Source of the DNA: an uncultured Chloroflexia bacterium
Lineage (GTDB): Bacteria; Chloroflexota; Limnocylindria; Limnocylindrales; CSP1-4
Reading direction: 5' to 3'
NCBI GenBank assembly: GCA_963752475.1
Contig: CAVVYR010000008.1
Location: 128,001 to 192,000, forward strand
Length of the DNA stretch: 64,000 nucleotides
Below, in pieces: positions 28,700 to 37,936 of this stretch. The notes under the pieces are model-generated. The model was not told where the DNA came from. It saw only the letters and a program-made list of their open reading frames with translations, and made no database searches. The number at the start of each line of letters is the position of its first letter. The stretch's first letter is position 1. Both the position numbers and the translations under genes were made by a program.

Positions 28700-29701
28700 A
28701 TGCCGATCTACCAGCAGGCCGAGCGCCCACGTCCGGACGACGACTTCGAGCCGGGCACGTTGCGCCACCTCACGCCAGGCGTGCGCGGGCGACTGCTCGA
28801 CCCTCGCCGGACACCGGTCTCGGTGGCCGCGGTTCGGGTGGCCACGGGCTTCGTCGACATCCGTATCGAGGGCTTCGAGGATGCCGGCGCCATCTGGGAG
28901 ATCCCGCTCGAACAGGCCGGCCACTTCCAGTTCGAGCCCGAAGGGCCAGGCGCGACCGACGCTGAAGTCGCCGAGATGGAGGCCGCCATCGAGCGGCTCT
29001 CCGGACGGTTGGCTATCGAGGCTGAGCCCGAAGACCAAGGGCGGACCGAGGCGCGCATCGCCGAGCGACAGGCCGAAGCCGCAGGCTGGCTGGAAAGCCA
29101 CTCGCGCTTCCTGGCCGAAGGGCGAGCCCTGCCCCACCCGTCGACACGCCGCGGTGATCCGGTGCTGGCCGCCGACCTCGAGGCCTGGATGCGCGAGCGG
29201 GAGCTGTGGGACCTCGAGGTTGCGCTCACCCGCGTCTTCGTCAGCAACCCCGGATCGGGCGAGGTCGTGAAGGGCCACCGCATCGTGCTCGCCGAGCTCG
29301 GCCTCGCTGACTACACCGGCGGGGTCGTGCGAAGTCCGACCACGTTCGAAGGCCGCTGGTCGCGTGAACGCCGCTCCGAGCACATCGTGGCGCGGCTCGC
29401 CTTCGTGCGTTCGCTCTTGGGCCGCCTCGGCCTGCGTGAGGTGACCGTCTGGCGGGGCGTGTCGCTCGAGGGCCGCCTCGAACCGCGGCCCGGGCGCACG
29501 TTCGTCTCCACCACGTTCGCAGAGGAAGTGGCGCGAGATCACTTCGAGAGCGGCGAGCCCGAGTGGACGCACGTGCTGGTCCGCCAGGAGCTGCCGAACG
29601 AGCGGTTGTTCATGACCTACCACGAGACCGCGGCCATGAACGGCATCTTCCTCGAGGCGGAAGCGGTGTTACTCGCTTGTGTCCACGACGGTTGGCCCTA
29701 G
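28700..29701 (+). CDS. Hypothetical protein with putative C-terminal R-S-E type ADP-ribosyltransferase domain
   Basis: VTVWRG...FVSTT...EAEAVLL in canonical order. TAGACT -10 lies 7 nt upstream of the ATG at 28700. Confidence 0.55.
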   Translation: MPIYQQAERPRPDDDFEPGTLRHLTPGVRGRLLDPRRTPVSVAAVRVATGFVDIRIEGFEDAGAIWEIPLEQAGHFQFEPEGPGATDAEVAEMEAAIERLSGRLAIEAEPEDQGRTEARIAERQAEAAGWLESHSRFLAEGRALPHPSTRRGDPVLAADLEAWMRERELWDLEVALTRVFVSNPGSGEVVKGHRIVLAELGLADYTGGVVRSPTTFEGRWSRERRSEHIVARLAFVRSLLGRLGLREVTVWRGVSLEGRLEPRPGRTFVSTTFAEEVARDHFESGEPEWTHVLVRQELPNERLFMTYHETAAMNGIFLEAEAVLLACVHDGWP

Positions 29702-29710
29702 ACTCGGACC

Positions 29711-30367
29711 ATGAACGCAGAGCGAGACCTGGCCACCATCGAGTACGAGGCCTGGCGCATCATCGAGCTTGGCCGCCAGACGCCCGATCGTGAGGTGCCG
29801 CAGTACCCGACCTGGTCGCTCACGGATCTGGTCGTGCACGTGGCGCGCGTGCACGGACGGACCGCGACCATCTGCCGGGACCTGCCTCAGGAACGGATCT
29901 CGCGCCCACGCCTGCCCGATGGGGTCGACCCGTTCGAGTGGGCTTCCCTGCAGCTCTCGGACATGCTCGAGGAGCTGGCGGACGCCGACCCGGCTGCGGA
30001 GGTGTGGACCTATGTCGACGATCCCGCACTCGGCTTCTGGATCCGACGCATGGTCATCGAGACGGGCCTCCACCGCTGGGACGCACAGGGCGCCGCTGGT
30101 GAGGCTGAGCCGCTGCTCGATCGGGTCGCGAGGCACGGCCTGAACGAGTTCGACCAGCTCTACCTGCCACGTCTGGGCGAGGTGCAGCCGGTCCTGCTGC
30201 ATGCCATCAACCTGGAGCGCAGTTGGCGAATGGGCGACGGCGAGCCGACGGCTGTGGTCGAGGACACGGCATCGAACCTGTTCCTGCGGCTGATGTCTCG
30301 ACCGGGAGCCTCATTGCCAGACGACTGGGAGACCGCGGTCGATGCCCTCGCGCCGCCCCCGAACTAG
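29711..30367 (+). CDS. Mycothiol-dependent maleylpyruvate isomerase (MDMPI)/DinB-superfamily protein
   Basis: VPQYPTWSLTDLVVHV, FWIRRMVIETGLHRWDA. Confidence 0.85.
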   Translation: MNAERDLATIEYEAWRIIELGRQTPDREVPQYPTWSLTDLVVHVARVHGRTATICRDLPQERISRPRLPDGVDPFEWASLQLSDMLEELADADPAAEVWTYVDDPALGFWIRRMVIETGLHRWDAQGAAGEAEPLLDRVARHGLNEFDQLYLPRLGEVQPVLLHAINLERSWRMGDGEPTAVVEDTASNLFLRLMSRPGASLPDDWETAVDALAPPPN

Positions 30368-30379
30368 GCTGGTCCAACG

Positions 30380-31798
30380 ATGCGTCGCAGCCCGCAGCTG
30401 CTGACATATCCCGACTCGCTCGGCGGCACCATCGCGGACGTCACACGCCTGCTGCGTGGCCCGCTCGCCGGGGCCTTCGCCGGTGTCCACATCCTGCCGC
30501 CGTTCCCCTCCTCGGGCGACCGGGGCTTCGCGCCTATCGACTACCGCCGCATCGAGCCGCGGTTCGGCAGCTGGGACGACATCGCCGATCTCGGTCGCGA
30601 CCACGACGTCCTGCTCGACCTCATGGTCAACCACGTGTCCCGCAGGTCGGCCGAGTTCACCGACTTCCTGCGGCACGGTCGGGCGTCCGAGCACGCGGAC
30701 CTGTTCATCACCCTCGACAAGATCTGGCCTGACGGTGATCCGCCGGCCGACGACGTCGCGCGCATCTTCCTGCGCAAGCCGGACGATCCATTCTCGACCT
30801 TCGACATCGGGGACACCGGCGAGACCGAGACCATCTGGACCACGTTCGGCTTCGGAGGGCGGGTCGAACAGATCGATCTCGACCTCACCTCGGAGGCCAC
30901 CCGCCGGCTCATCGATGGTTGGTTCGAGTGGTTCGCGGGCCACGGCGTGGCCATCGTCCGGCTCGATGCGGTCGGCTACGTGGTCAAGAAGCCCGGCACC
31001 AGCTGTTTCATGGTCGAGCCCGAGATCTACGAGGCCCTCGACTGGCTCGTCAGCGCGGCGGCCGAGCACGACCTCGTGGTCCTGCCCGAGATCCACGATG
31101 TCTACGAGACACATCGGAAGCTGAGCGCGCGCGGCTATTGGACCTACGACTTCGTGCTGCCGGGCCTCCTGCTCCATTCGTTCAGGGCGCGCGACGCGAG
31201 CCGTCTGGCCGAGCACCTGGCCGACTCGCCCCATCGGCAGTTCACCACGCTCGACTGCCATGACGGGATCCCCGTGCGACCCGATCTCGAGGGCATCCTG
31301 AGCCACGAGGAGATGTCAGACCTGGCCGATGACCTCGTGGCCAAGGGCGGCAACGTCAACCGCATCCTCGGTGACCCCGGTGACGGTCCCGACGTGCATC
31401 AGCTCAACTGCACCTACTACTCCGCGCTCGGCGAGGACGACGAGCGCTACCTCGCGGCGCGGGCCATCCAGCTCTTCGCGCGCGGTGTGCCCCAGCTCTA
31501 CTACGTGGGCCTGCTGGCTGGCGCCAACGACCTCGAGACCGCCGAGCGCACCGGCGAGGGTCGAGCCGTCAACCGCCACGACTACACCACTCGGGAGATC
31601 GAGTCGGCCCTGGAGCGTCCGGTGGTGCAGCGGCTGCTCGAGCTCGTGCGCCTGCGCCACGAGCACCCCGCGTTCGAGGGTGAGCTCGAGGTCACCGACG
31701 AAGGTCAGGGCCTGCTTCGGATGACCCGGATCCATGGCCGGCTCGGCATCGAGCTGACGGTCGACCTCGCTACTGGCGAGCACGAGATCACGACCTAG
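30380..31798 (+). CDS. GH13_18 sucrose phosphorylase family enzyme, probably sucrose-6F-phosphate phosphorylase
   Basis: HILPPFPSSGDRGF, DLMVNH, RLDAVGY, PEIH, TLDCHDGIP, DVHQLNCTYY, PQLYYVGLLAG. Confidence 0.88.
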   Translation: MRRSPQLLTYPDSLGGTIADVTRLLRGPLAGAFAGVHILPPFPSSGDRGFAPIDYRRIEPRFGSWDDIADLGRDHDVLLDLMVNHVSRRSAEFTDFLRHGRASEHADLFITLDKIWPDGDPPADDVARIFLRKPDDPFSTFDIGDTGETETIWTTFGFGGRVEQIDLDLTSEATRRLIDGWFEWFAGHGVAIVRLDAVGYVVKKPGTSCFMVEPEIYEALDWLVSAAAEHDLVVLPEIHDVYETHRKLSARGYWTYDFVLPGLLLHSFRARDASRLAEHLADSPHRQFTTLDCHDGIPVRPDLEGILSHEEMSDLADDLVAKGGNVNRILGDPGDGPDVHQLNCTYYSALGEDDERYLAARAIQLFARGVPQLYYVGLLAGANDLETAERTGEGRAVNRHDYTTREIESALERPVVQRLLELVRLRHEHPAFEGELEVTDEGQGLLRMTRIHGRLGIELTVDLATGEHEITT

Positions 31799-32592
31799 GC
31801 GCGAAGGCGGTCGAGCCCCCGCGTGGTGATCAGCCGCGCATCGTGCGTGATGCCGGCGGCGTCGTAGCCGGGCAGGGCCTCGACCCAGCGTAGCCCCTCG
31901 CGGCCCATCGCGAACGCGGCCGTGGCATAGGCGTCGGCACGCGCGAGGTCAGGGCCGGCGACGGTGACGGTCAGCAGCTCGTCGGCGGCCTGACCCGTCT
32001 GCGGGTCGGTGATGTGATGCCCACGCTCGGTCGTCCCGGAGGTGGCCACGGCCAGATCGTTCCCCTGCAGCACGAGCGCCACCGCATCCGGCGCGAAGGG
32101 ATGAGCGATCCCGACCCTCCAAGGCACGCTTCGCTCCTGCCCACCACGGACGATCACGTCGCCGCCGGCGCTGAGGTAGAAGCGGTCGATGCCCGCGGCC
32201 GAGAGGATGGCGCCGGCCCGGTCGACCGACCAACCCTTGACCACCCCGGTCGGATCGGGCCGGCCATCGCTGCGATGGGCATGGACGTCGAAGGCGCCGC
32301 CGCTGAGCGTCTTGACAACGTCAGCGATCTCGAAGACCTCGCGCAGGTCGACCGAGATCCGGGACATCGGGATCTCGCCTCGCATCACGCGGCTGACCTC
32401 GCTCTCGTGTTTGAACGGACTGAATCGCTCTTCGGCCTCGTGGAGCCAGGCGAAGGCGGCGTCGGCGGCGGGCGAGTCAGCGCCGCCCTCGGGAAGGTAG
32501 AGGCTGATCATCGTGCCCATCGCGCGCTCGACACGACGGCGCCCAGGGTCGCGTGTGGTGAGGCCGGGCTTCGGCGCCGGCTCCGCGACCAT
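31795..32592 (-). CDS. apbE: FAD:protein FMN transferase
   Basis: AMGT, DPTGVVKGWSVD, AGGDV, WRVGIAHP, ATSG, HITDP, ADAYATAAFAMG. Confidence 0.9.
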   Translation of the reverse strand: MVAEPAPKPGLTTRDPGRRRVERAMGTMISLYLPEGGADSPAADAAFAWLHEAEERFSPFKHESEVSRVMRGEIPMSRISVDLREVFEIADVVKTLSGGAFDVHAHRSDGRPDPTGVVKGWSVDRAGAILSAAGIDRFYLSAGGDVIVRGGQERSVPWRVGIAHPFAPDAVALVLQGNDLAVATSGTTERGHHITDPQTGQAADELLTVTVAGPDLARADAYATAAFAMGREGLRWVEALPGYDAAGITHDARLITTRGLDRLRA

Positions 32593-33488
32593 CAGATGCC
32601 CAGCTGGTCCAGGGCGGACTGCAGCGAACCGGCGTAGGCCTCGCTGGTGTAGGTGGCCCCGGAGATGACGTTGACGTCCGCACTGTCAGAGGCGATGGCC
32701 TCGTCGCGCAGGATCGATTCGACGCGGTCACTGATGTCGGAGGTGCGCTGGTCGCCTTCGGGCATGGTCAGCGCCTCGACGTCGATGATGTCGTCGCCCT
32801 CGACGGTGACCGCGACCTGGACGTCGCCCCAGCGGATGCCGACGACGTCGCCGGTGGCGGTACGGATCTCGTCGGTCGCAGTCGCGGAATCAGCATCCTC
32901 GGCAACGACCTCGGGCTCGGACTCGGGCTCGGTCTCGGCATCGGCAGCCTTGACTTCGGGCGCGGTTTCGGGCTCGGCCTCGGCCTCGGCTTGATCGAGG
33001 GCGGACTGCAGCGACAGCGCGTAGGCCTCGCTGGTATAGGTGGCGCCAGAGAGGACGGAGAGGCCTTCGGCCGAGTCGGTGGTGATGGCCTCCTCGCGCA
33101 GGATGGGCTCCACGTACTCGCTGTACTCGACGGTGTGGTGGTCGCCGTCCGGCATCTGCAGGGCCTCGACGTCGATGATGTCGTCACCCTCGATGGTGAC
33201 CGCGACCTGGACGTCGCCCCAGCGGATACTTGCGACGTCACCGGTGTAGGTGACTCGCTCGACGACTGCCTCGGCCGCGGCAGACTCGGTGGCGGCTTCG
33301 GTGGTGCCGTCGGCAGCGATGAGCTCGTCGGTGGCCAGCGCCCCGTGATCGGCCGCGGTGACCGATCCGGTCGAGGCCAGCGGGCCACCCTGGAAGGAGA
33401 GCAGGAGGGTCAGCGCGCTGACGGTGCCGACGGTGGCGATGGTGCCCCGCAAAGGCAGGCGCGATGGTTCGCGAGCGTCATAGGTCAT
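32592..33488 (-). CDS. Membrane-anchored protein with two FMN-binding (flavinylated) domains
   Basis: N-terminal hydrophobic segment and two repeats of RWGDVQVAVT...SGATYTSEAY..SLQSALDQ. Confidence 0.88.
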   Translation of the reverse strand: MTYDAREPSRLPLRGTIATVGTVSALTLLLSFQGGPLASTGSVTAADHGALATDELIAADGTTEAATESAAAEAVVERVTYTGDVASIRWGDVQVAVTIEGDDIIDVEALQMPDGDHHTVEYSEYVEPILREEAITTDSAEGLSVLSGATYTSEAYALSLQSALDQAEAEAEPETAPEVKAADAETEPESEPEVVAEDADSATATDEIRTATGDVVGIRWGDVQVAVTVEGDDIIDVEALTMPEGDQRTSDISDRVESILRDEAIASDSADVNVISGATYTSEAYAGSLQSALDQLGI

Positions 33489-33491
33489 GGC

Positions 33492-34877
33492 CTAGTACCC
33501 GAATCTCTCTGCGTGGACTTGGCTGTCAGGGACCCGCAGCGTCTTGAGGCTGGACAGGACCCGTTCGGTGAATGAGCGTGAGCCGCACACGAGCACGTCG
33601 GCCCCGGTGAGGTGCGGCGCGTGGCGATGGAGCCACTCGGGCGCGAGGGGGTCGATGGGCATCTCGGGTGAGCCTCGATGGCCCTCGAGGAAACGCAGCT
33701 TTGCGCCGTGTCGCGCGGCCAGCGCCAGCAGCTCCTCACGGAAGATGGTGTCGGCGGGGTCGCCCTCGCGGTAGAGGAAGGTGATGTGCTGCTCGCCCGG
33801 TGGCAGGGCCTCGAGGATCGAGCGCAACGGGGTCACGCCCACGCCGCCCCCCAGCATCACCACATGGTCCCTGGTGATGACGTTGGGGGTGAAGGCGCCG
33901 TAGGGACCCTCGACGAAGACCGGCGTGCCCTCGGGCATCGTCATCATGCGATGGGTGTCGTCGCCCAGGTCCTTGATGGTCATGCGCAGGTACTCACCGT
34001 TGGGCGCGGCAGAGATGGAGAAAGGGTGCGGACGCCACCAGCCGCCACGCCGCAGGAAGCGGATATGGAAGAACTGGCCGGCGGCCACGGGCAGCTGCTC
34101 GAGGGAACGGCCGGTGAGATAGATGGAGACCACGCCTCGCGCCTCGGGCACGACCGCGGCGACACGCAGCTTGTGCCTGGCGGACACGCGGATCGGGGTC
34201 AGCACGCGGTACCAGACGAGGAGGCCGAAGGTGATCACGTAGAGCCCGACCCAGAAGGCCACGGCCACCGAGTCACCGATGAAGTCTGCTCCGATGGTGA
34301 CCTGGTGCAGGAATGAGAGCGCGATGCCGAGGTAGGCATAGAGGTGCAGGCCGTACCAGGTCTCGTACGAGAGCCGTCGTCGGATAGCGCGGAGCGAGGT
34401 GACCGCTACGACGGCCAGCATGGCCGTGCCAACGGTGGCGATGAGGATGTCCCAGATGCCGTTGAGGGCGAGGAACTCTCCGATGAAGTCGCTGCCGGAG
34501 CTCATGGCCCAGCCGGTGGTCGTGAGGACGACGTGCGAGAGGATGAGCGTGATCGTGCCGATGCCCAGCCAGCGATGCCAGGCCATGAGCTTGTCGCTGC
34601 CGACCACGTGGTCGATCCAGGGGACCCGGGCCATCAGCACGATCTGGGCGAGGGCAAGATAGGTCCCGGTCAACGCCGTGATCTGACCGAGACCCGTTGC
34701 CAGCCCGGCCGGCGTGCCCAGGCCGTCGAGTCCACCGTGGATGACCCACATGCCGGCCACGAGAAGCCCGACCGCAGCCAGCACCACCACGATGTCCGCG
34801 GAGCGGAAGGGCCACGTTCGAGGCGTGCGTGCGCGGCGGGTGAAGGGAGGGTTGCCTGCCTGCGTCAGCGTTGCCAT
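33492..34877 (-). CDS. Ferric reductase-like transmembrane protein with FAD/NAD-binding domain
   Basis: Heme-ligand His in WHRWLG, LSHV, LHLYAY, FLHQ; HPFSIS, EGPYG, GGVGVTP, VCG, HAERF. Confidence 0.9.
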   Translation of the reverse strand: MATLTQAGNPPFTRRARTPRTWPFRSADIVVVLAAVGLLVAGMWVIHGGLDGLGTPAGLATGLGQITALTGTYLALAQIVLMARVPWIDHVVGSDKLMAWHRWLGIGTITLILSHVVLTTTGWAMSSGSDFIGEFLALNGIWDILIATVGTAMLAVVAVTSLRAIRRRLSYETWYGLHLYAYLGIALSFLHQVTIGADFIGDSVAVAFWVGLYVITFGLLVWYRVLTPIRVSARHKLRVAAVVPEARGVVSIYLTGRSLEQLPVAAGQFFHIRFLRRGGWWRPHPFSISAAPNGEYLRMTIKDLGDDTHRMMTMPEGTPVFVEGPYGAFTPNVITRDHVVMLGGGVGVTPLRSILEALPPGEQHITFLYREGDPADTIFREELLALAARHGAKLRFLEGHRGSPEMPIDPLAPEWLHRHAPHLTGADVLVCGSRSFTERVLSSLKTLRVPDSQVHAERFGY

Positions 34878-34949
34878 GGAACGTGGGACCTCGTGTGGGC
34901 TTCTCGTGACTCGTACTCTCGTGCCCGCCCGTCAGCCGACGATCCTGTT

Positions 34950-34968
34950 GATGTCAGGCCGATGTAAG
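34950..34968 (-). promoter_or_regulatory. Direct repeat with 11-bp period (GATGTCAG/GATGTAAG), OmpR/PhoB-type box candidate
   Basis: About 75 bp upstream of the ferric reductase start. Confidence 0.35.
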
Positions 34969-35140
34969 CGGACGGACGCTATGCGCGCCTCTCGGATGCG
35001 AAAGGGGCCCGGTCGCCATGACATCGGAACGGGGCCCATCGTGTGGCCGCTGCCAGTACCCGGACCCCAGTCCCGGCCGGCGCGGCCCGGAGAGAGCGGT
35101 GGCGGCGAGGAGGGTTGTCGCTGCGCTACCGTACGCATCC

Positions 35141-35527
35141 ATGGAGTTCAACGACTGGCACCTGGCCGAGGTCACCGCCACGCTCATCGAGATCGCGGGC
35201 GTGCTGGTCATCGGCATCGGCGTGGTCGCGGCCACCATCGTCTCGGCCCGTACCAAGCTGGCCGACCGTGGGGCAGTGACCTACGTCGCCTTCCGACGCG
35301 AGATGTCGCGCTGGCTGCTGCTGGGCCTGGAGCTCCTCATCGCCGCCGACGTCATCAAGACCGTGACACTGGACCTTGACATCGAGAGCGTGCTTTCGCT
35401 GGGCATCCTCGTCGTCGTCCGGACCTTCCTGGCCTGGTCGATCACGATGGAGAACGAGGGCCGCTGGCCCTGGCAGCGCACCAGTGACGCGCGCGCCACG
35501 CAGGACGAGTCGGGGTCAGGGATCTAG
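35141..35527 (+). CDS. DUF1622 family membrane protein
   Basis: LLLGLELLIAADVIKTV, LGILVVVRTFLAWSI, EGRWPWQ. Confidence 0.85.
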   Translation: MEFNDWHLAEVTATLIEIAGVLVIGIGVVAATIVSARTKLADRGAVTYVAFRREMSRWLLLGLELLIAADVIKTVTLDLDIESVLSLGILVVVRTFLAWSITMENEGRWPWQRTSDARATQDESGSGI

Positions 35528-37011
35528 ACGAACCAGGTACGCAGACGTTCGTACAGGTCGATGAAGCGTCGATAGCCGGCTATCGCCCGCTCGTGCCCCG
35601 CGTCGTCGGGTTCGAAGACGGCCTCGACCTCCGACAGCTCCCGCGCGGCAGACCAGTCATCGACGAGCCCGACGGCCACCGCACCGATGATGGCCGCACC
35701 CAGCGAGTTGGCCTCGTCAACGATCGTGCGCCGTCGGATGGGCACGCCCCAGGTGTCAGCCATGAGCTGCAGCCAGACGTCGCCCTTGGCGCCACCTCCG
35801 ACGGCGTCGATCGATTCGATCGGGCGAACCGACTCCGACATGGCCTCGAAGACGCCGTAGAGGTTGAAGGCCACGCCCTCGAGCACGGCACGGGCCAGCT
35901 GGGCCTGGGTGTGGTGGTGTTCGATGCCGACGAACGAGCCGCGGACGTTGACGTCCCAGATGGGGGCACGCTCACCGAGCAGGTAGGGCAGGAAGAAGAG
36001 GCCGTCCTCGGCTGCTTTGGCCATACCCGCCTCCTCCACGAGCGGACCGACCTGGTCACCCGCGACCCCCACGACCGAAGCGAGCCACTGCAGCGAGGCG
36101 CCGGCCGACTGCATCGCGCCGAGTGGCACGAAGCGGCCCGGGACCACGTGGTCGAAGGCGATGATGCGTTGCCGCGGGTCGCGTACGGGGCGGTCTGCAG
36201 CGGCCGAGATCCAGGCCGAGGTGCCGAGCGTGACCGCCGCACCCGAGTCGGCACCCACGAGGCCAACGCCCAGCGCCGAGGTGCAGCCGTCGGCGCCACC
36301 GACCACGACGGGCGTGCCCTCACCCAGACCCGAGTGCTCGGAGGCGACCCGTGTGACGCCGCCGGCCACAGAAGCTGAAGGGAGGATCTCCGGCAGCACA
36401 TCGCGCTCGATCCCGGCGGTCGCCAAGATCTCGTCCGACCAGTCGCCGGCGTGTTGGTCATAGGCGTTCGTGCCGGACGCATCCGAGGGGTCGATGCAGC
36501 GGCGGCCGGTCAGTCTGAGCGTGACGTAGTCCTTGGCCTGCAGGACGCAGCTCGTCCGCGCCCAGGCCTCGGGCTCGTGCTCGCGCAACCACATCATCTT
36601 GGGCAGGCTGCAGGTCGGGTCGAGCCGGTGGCCCAGGAGGTCGTAGCCGCGTTCGGCACCGACGGCTTCGATCAGCCGCTGCGTCTCGGCCTGGGCGCGC
36701 GTGTCGGCCCAGATGAGCGCTGGGCGGATGGCTTCATCGCGCTCATCGACCAGCGTGGCACCCATCATCTGACCGGACATGACCACGGCGGCGACGTCGC
36801 CGGGGTCGGTCCCGGTCTCGCTCAGCAGTGCTCGGGTGGCCTCGCACACGCCTCGCCACCAGTCATCAGGATCCTGCTCCGCCTTGCCGCCCGACCCGAA
36901 GTCGACCGCGTAGCGCGCGGTGTGGGCCGCGATGAGTCGCCCATCCGCGTGATGCAGCGATGCCTTGTCGCCGCTGGTACCCAGGTCGTGGGCGACGATG
37001 AACCTCCCCAT
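35524..37011 (-). CDS. xylB: FGGY-family carbohydrate kinase, probable xylulokinase
   Basis: HDLGTSGDKA, EQDPDDWW, SGQMMG, SDASGT, LPYLLGERAP, AVLEGVA. Confidence 0.8.
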   Translation of the reverse strand: MGRFIVAHDLGTSGDKASLHHADGRLIAAHTARYAVDFGSGGKAEQDPDDWWRGVCEATRALLSETGTDPGDVAAVVMSGQMMGATLVDERDEAIRPALIWADTRAQAETQRLIEAVGAERGYDLLGHRLDPTCSLPKMMWLREHEPEAWARTSCVLQAKDYVTLRLTGRRCIDPSDASGTNAYDQHAGDWSDEILATAGIERDVLPEILPSASVAGGVTRVASEHSGLGEGTPVVVGGADGCTSALGVGLVGADSGAAVTLGTSAWISAAADRPVRDPRQRIIAFDHVVPGRFVPLGAMQSAGASLQWLASVVGVAGDQVGPLVEEAGMAKAAEDGLFFLPYLLGERAPIWDVNVRGSFVGIEHHHTQAQLARAVLEGVAFNLYGVFEAMSESVRPIESIDAVGGGAKGDVWLQLMADTWGVPIRRRTIVDEANSLGAAIIGAVAVGLVDDWSAARELSEVEAVFEPDDAGHERAIAGYRRFIDLYERLRTWFV

Positions 37012-37069
37012 GCGGCCACTGTAGCCATGGGCTGGTGACACCACAGGGCCACTTTGCGATACTCGGCCG

Positions 37070-37936
37070 ATGCTCGACCAAAGAGCCCGCGGTGCGCCGA
37101 TCGCCCGCGGCAACACGTCCGACCTCTGGGAGTGGTCGGCGGGGAGGGTGGTCAAGGTCTTGCGTCCGGAGATCCCGGCGCACTGGGCCTCGATCGAGGC
37201 TGACACGATCGCTCGCGTTCACGCCGCCGGCTTGCCCGTGCCCGAGACCGAGGGCGTGGTCGACTTCGACGGCCGGCCTGGCATCGTGCTCGAGCGCATC
37301 GAGGGCACGTCGATGTGGGAGCGCATGAAGGCCGAACCGCGGAGCGTGCCGGCGCTCGTCGTTCAGCTTGTCGAGCTGCAGCTGGAGATCCAGCGCACGA
37401 ACGTATCTGAGCTCAGCACCATGAGAGACCGACTACGCCAGAAGGTCGGCGGAGCCGTTCAAATCACAGAGGAAGACCGTCGCAAGGCCCATGGGCTACT
37501 TGCGGCGCTGCCGGCGGGCACGGCCCTCTGCCACGGAGACTTCCATCCGGCGAACGTGATCTTGAGTGACCGCGGCCCGATCATCCTCGACTGGTTCGAT
37601 GCCGCGCGCGGCGACATCACCGCTGACTTCGTGCGTAGCTCACTACTGATGCGTCCGCCGACCGATCGCAGCGCTTGGCTCGCCGGCGCAACGCCCGAGC
37701 TGCTGGACCGCGTCCACAGCTACTACATCACCGAGCTCGTACGACGAGGCGACTTCGACGTTCGCACGTTCGGATCGTGGGAAGCCGTCATGGCCGTGGC
37801 GCGGATGGCGGAGCCGGTCCCCGATGAGGACCTCATCGCGGTCTGGGAGGCCTGGAAGGCACGGGGTTCGTCCGGCGCACGCTCGCTCGTCGACCACTGC
37901 CGGGAGCTCGTGGCGGTGGAGGCTTCTGCGGGCTAG
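37070..37936 (+). CDS. Aminoglycoside phosphotransferase (APH)-like kinase
   Basis: IARGNTS, CHGDFHPANV, ILDW. Confidence 0.8.
   Translation: MLDQRARGAPIARGNTSDLWEWSAGRVVKVLRPEIPAHWASIEADTIARVHAAGLPVPETEGVVDFDGRPGIVLERIEGTSMWERMKAEPRSVPALVVQLVELQLEIQRTNVSELSTMRDRLRQKVGGAVQITEEDRRKAHGLLAALPAGTALCHGDFHPANVILSDRGPIILDWFDAARGDITADFVRSSLLMRPPTDRSAWLAGATPELLDRVHSYYITELVRRGDFDVRTFGSWEAVMAVARMAEPVPDEDLIAVWEAWKARGSSGARSLVDHCRELVAVEASAG

Noticed and set aside
37070-37936. APH-like gene as an aminoglycoside resistance gene
   Set aside because: Only the generic kinase-fold motifs are present, and the context is polyol metabolism.
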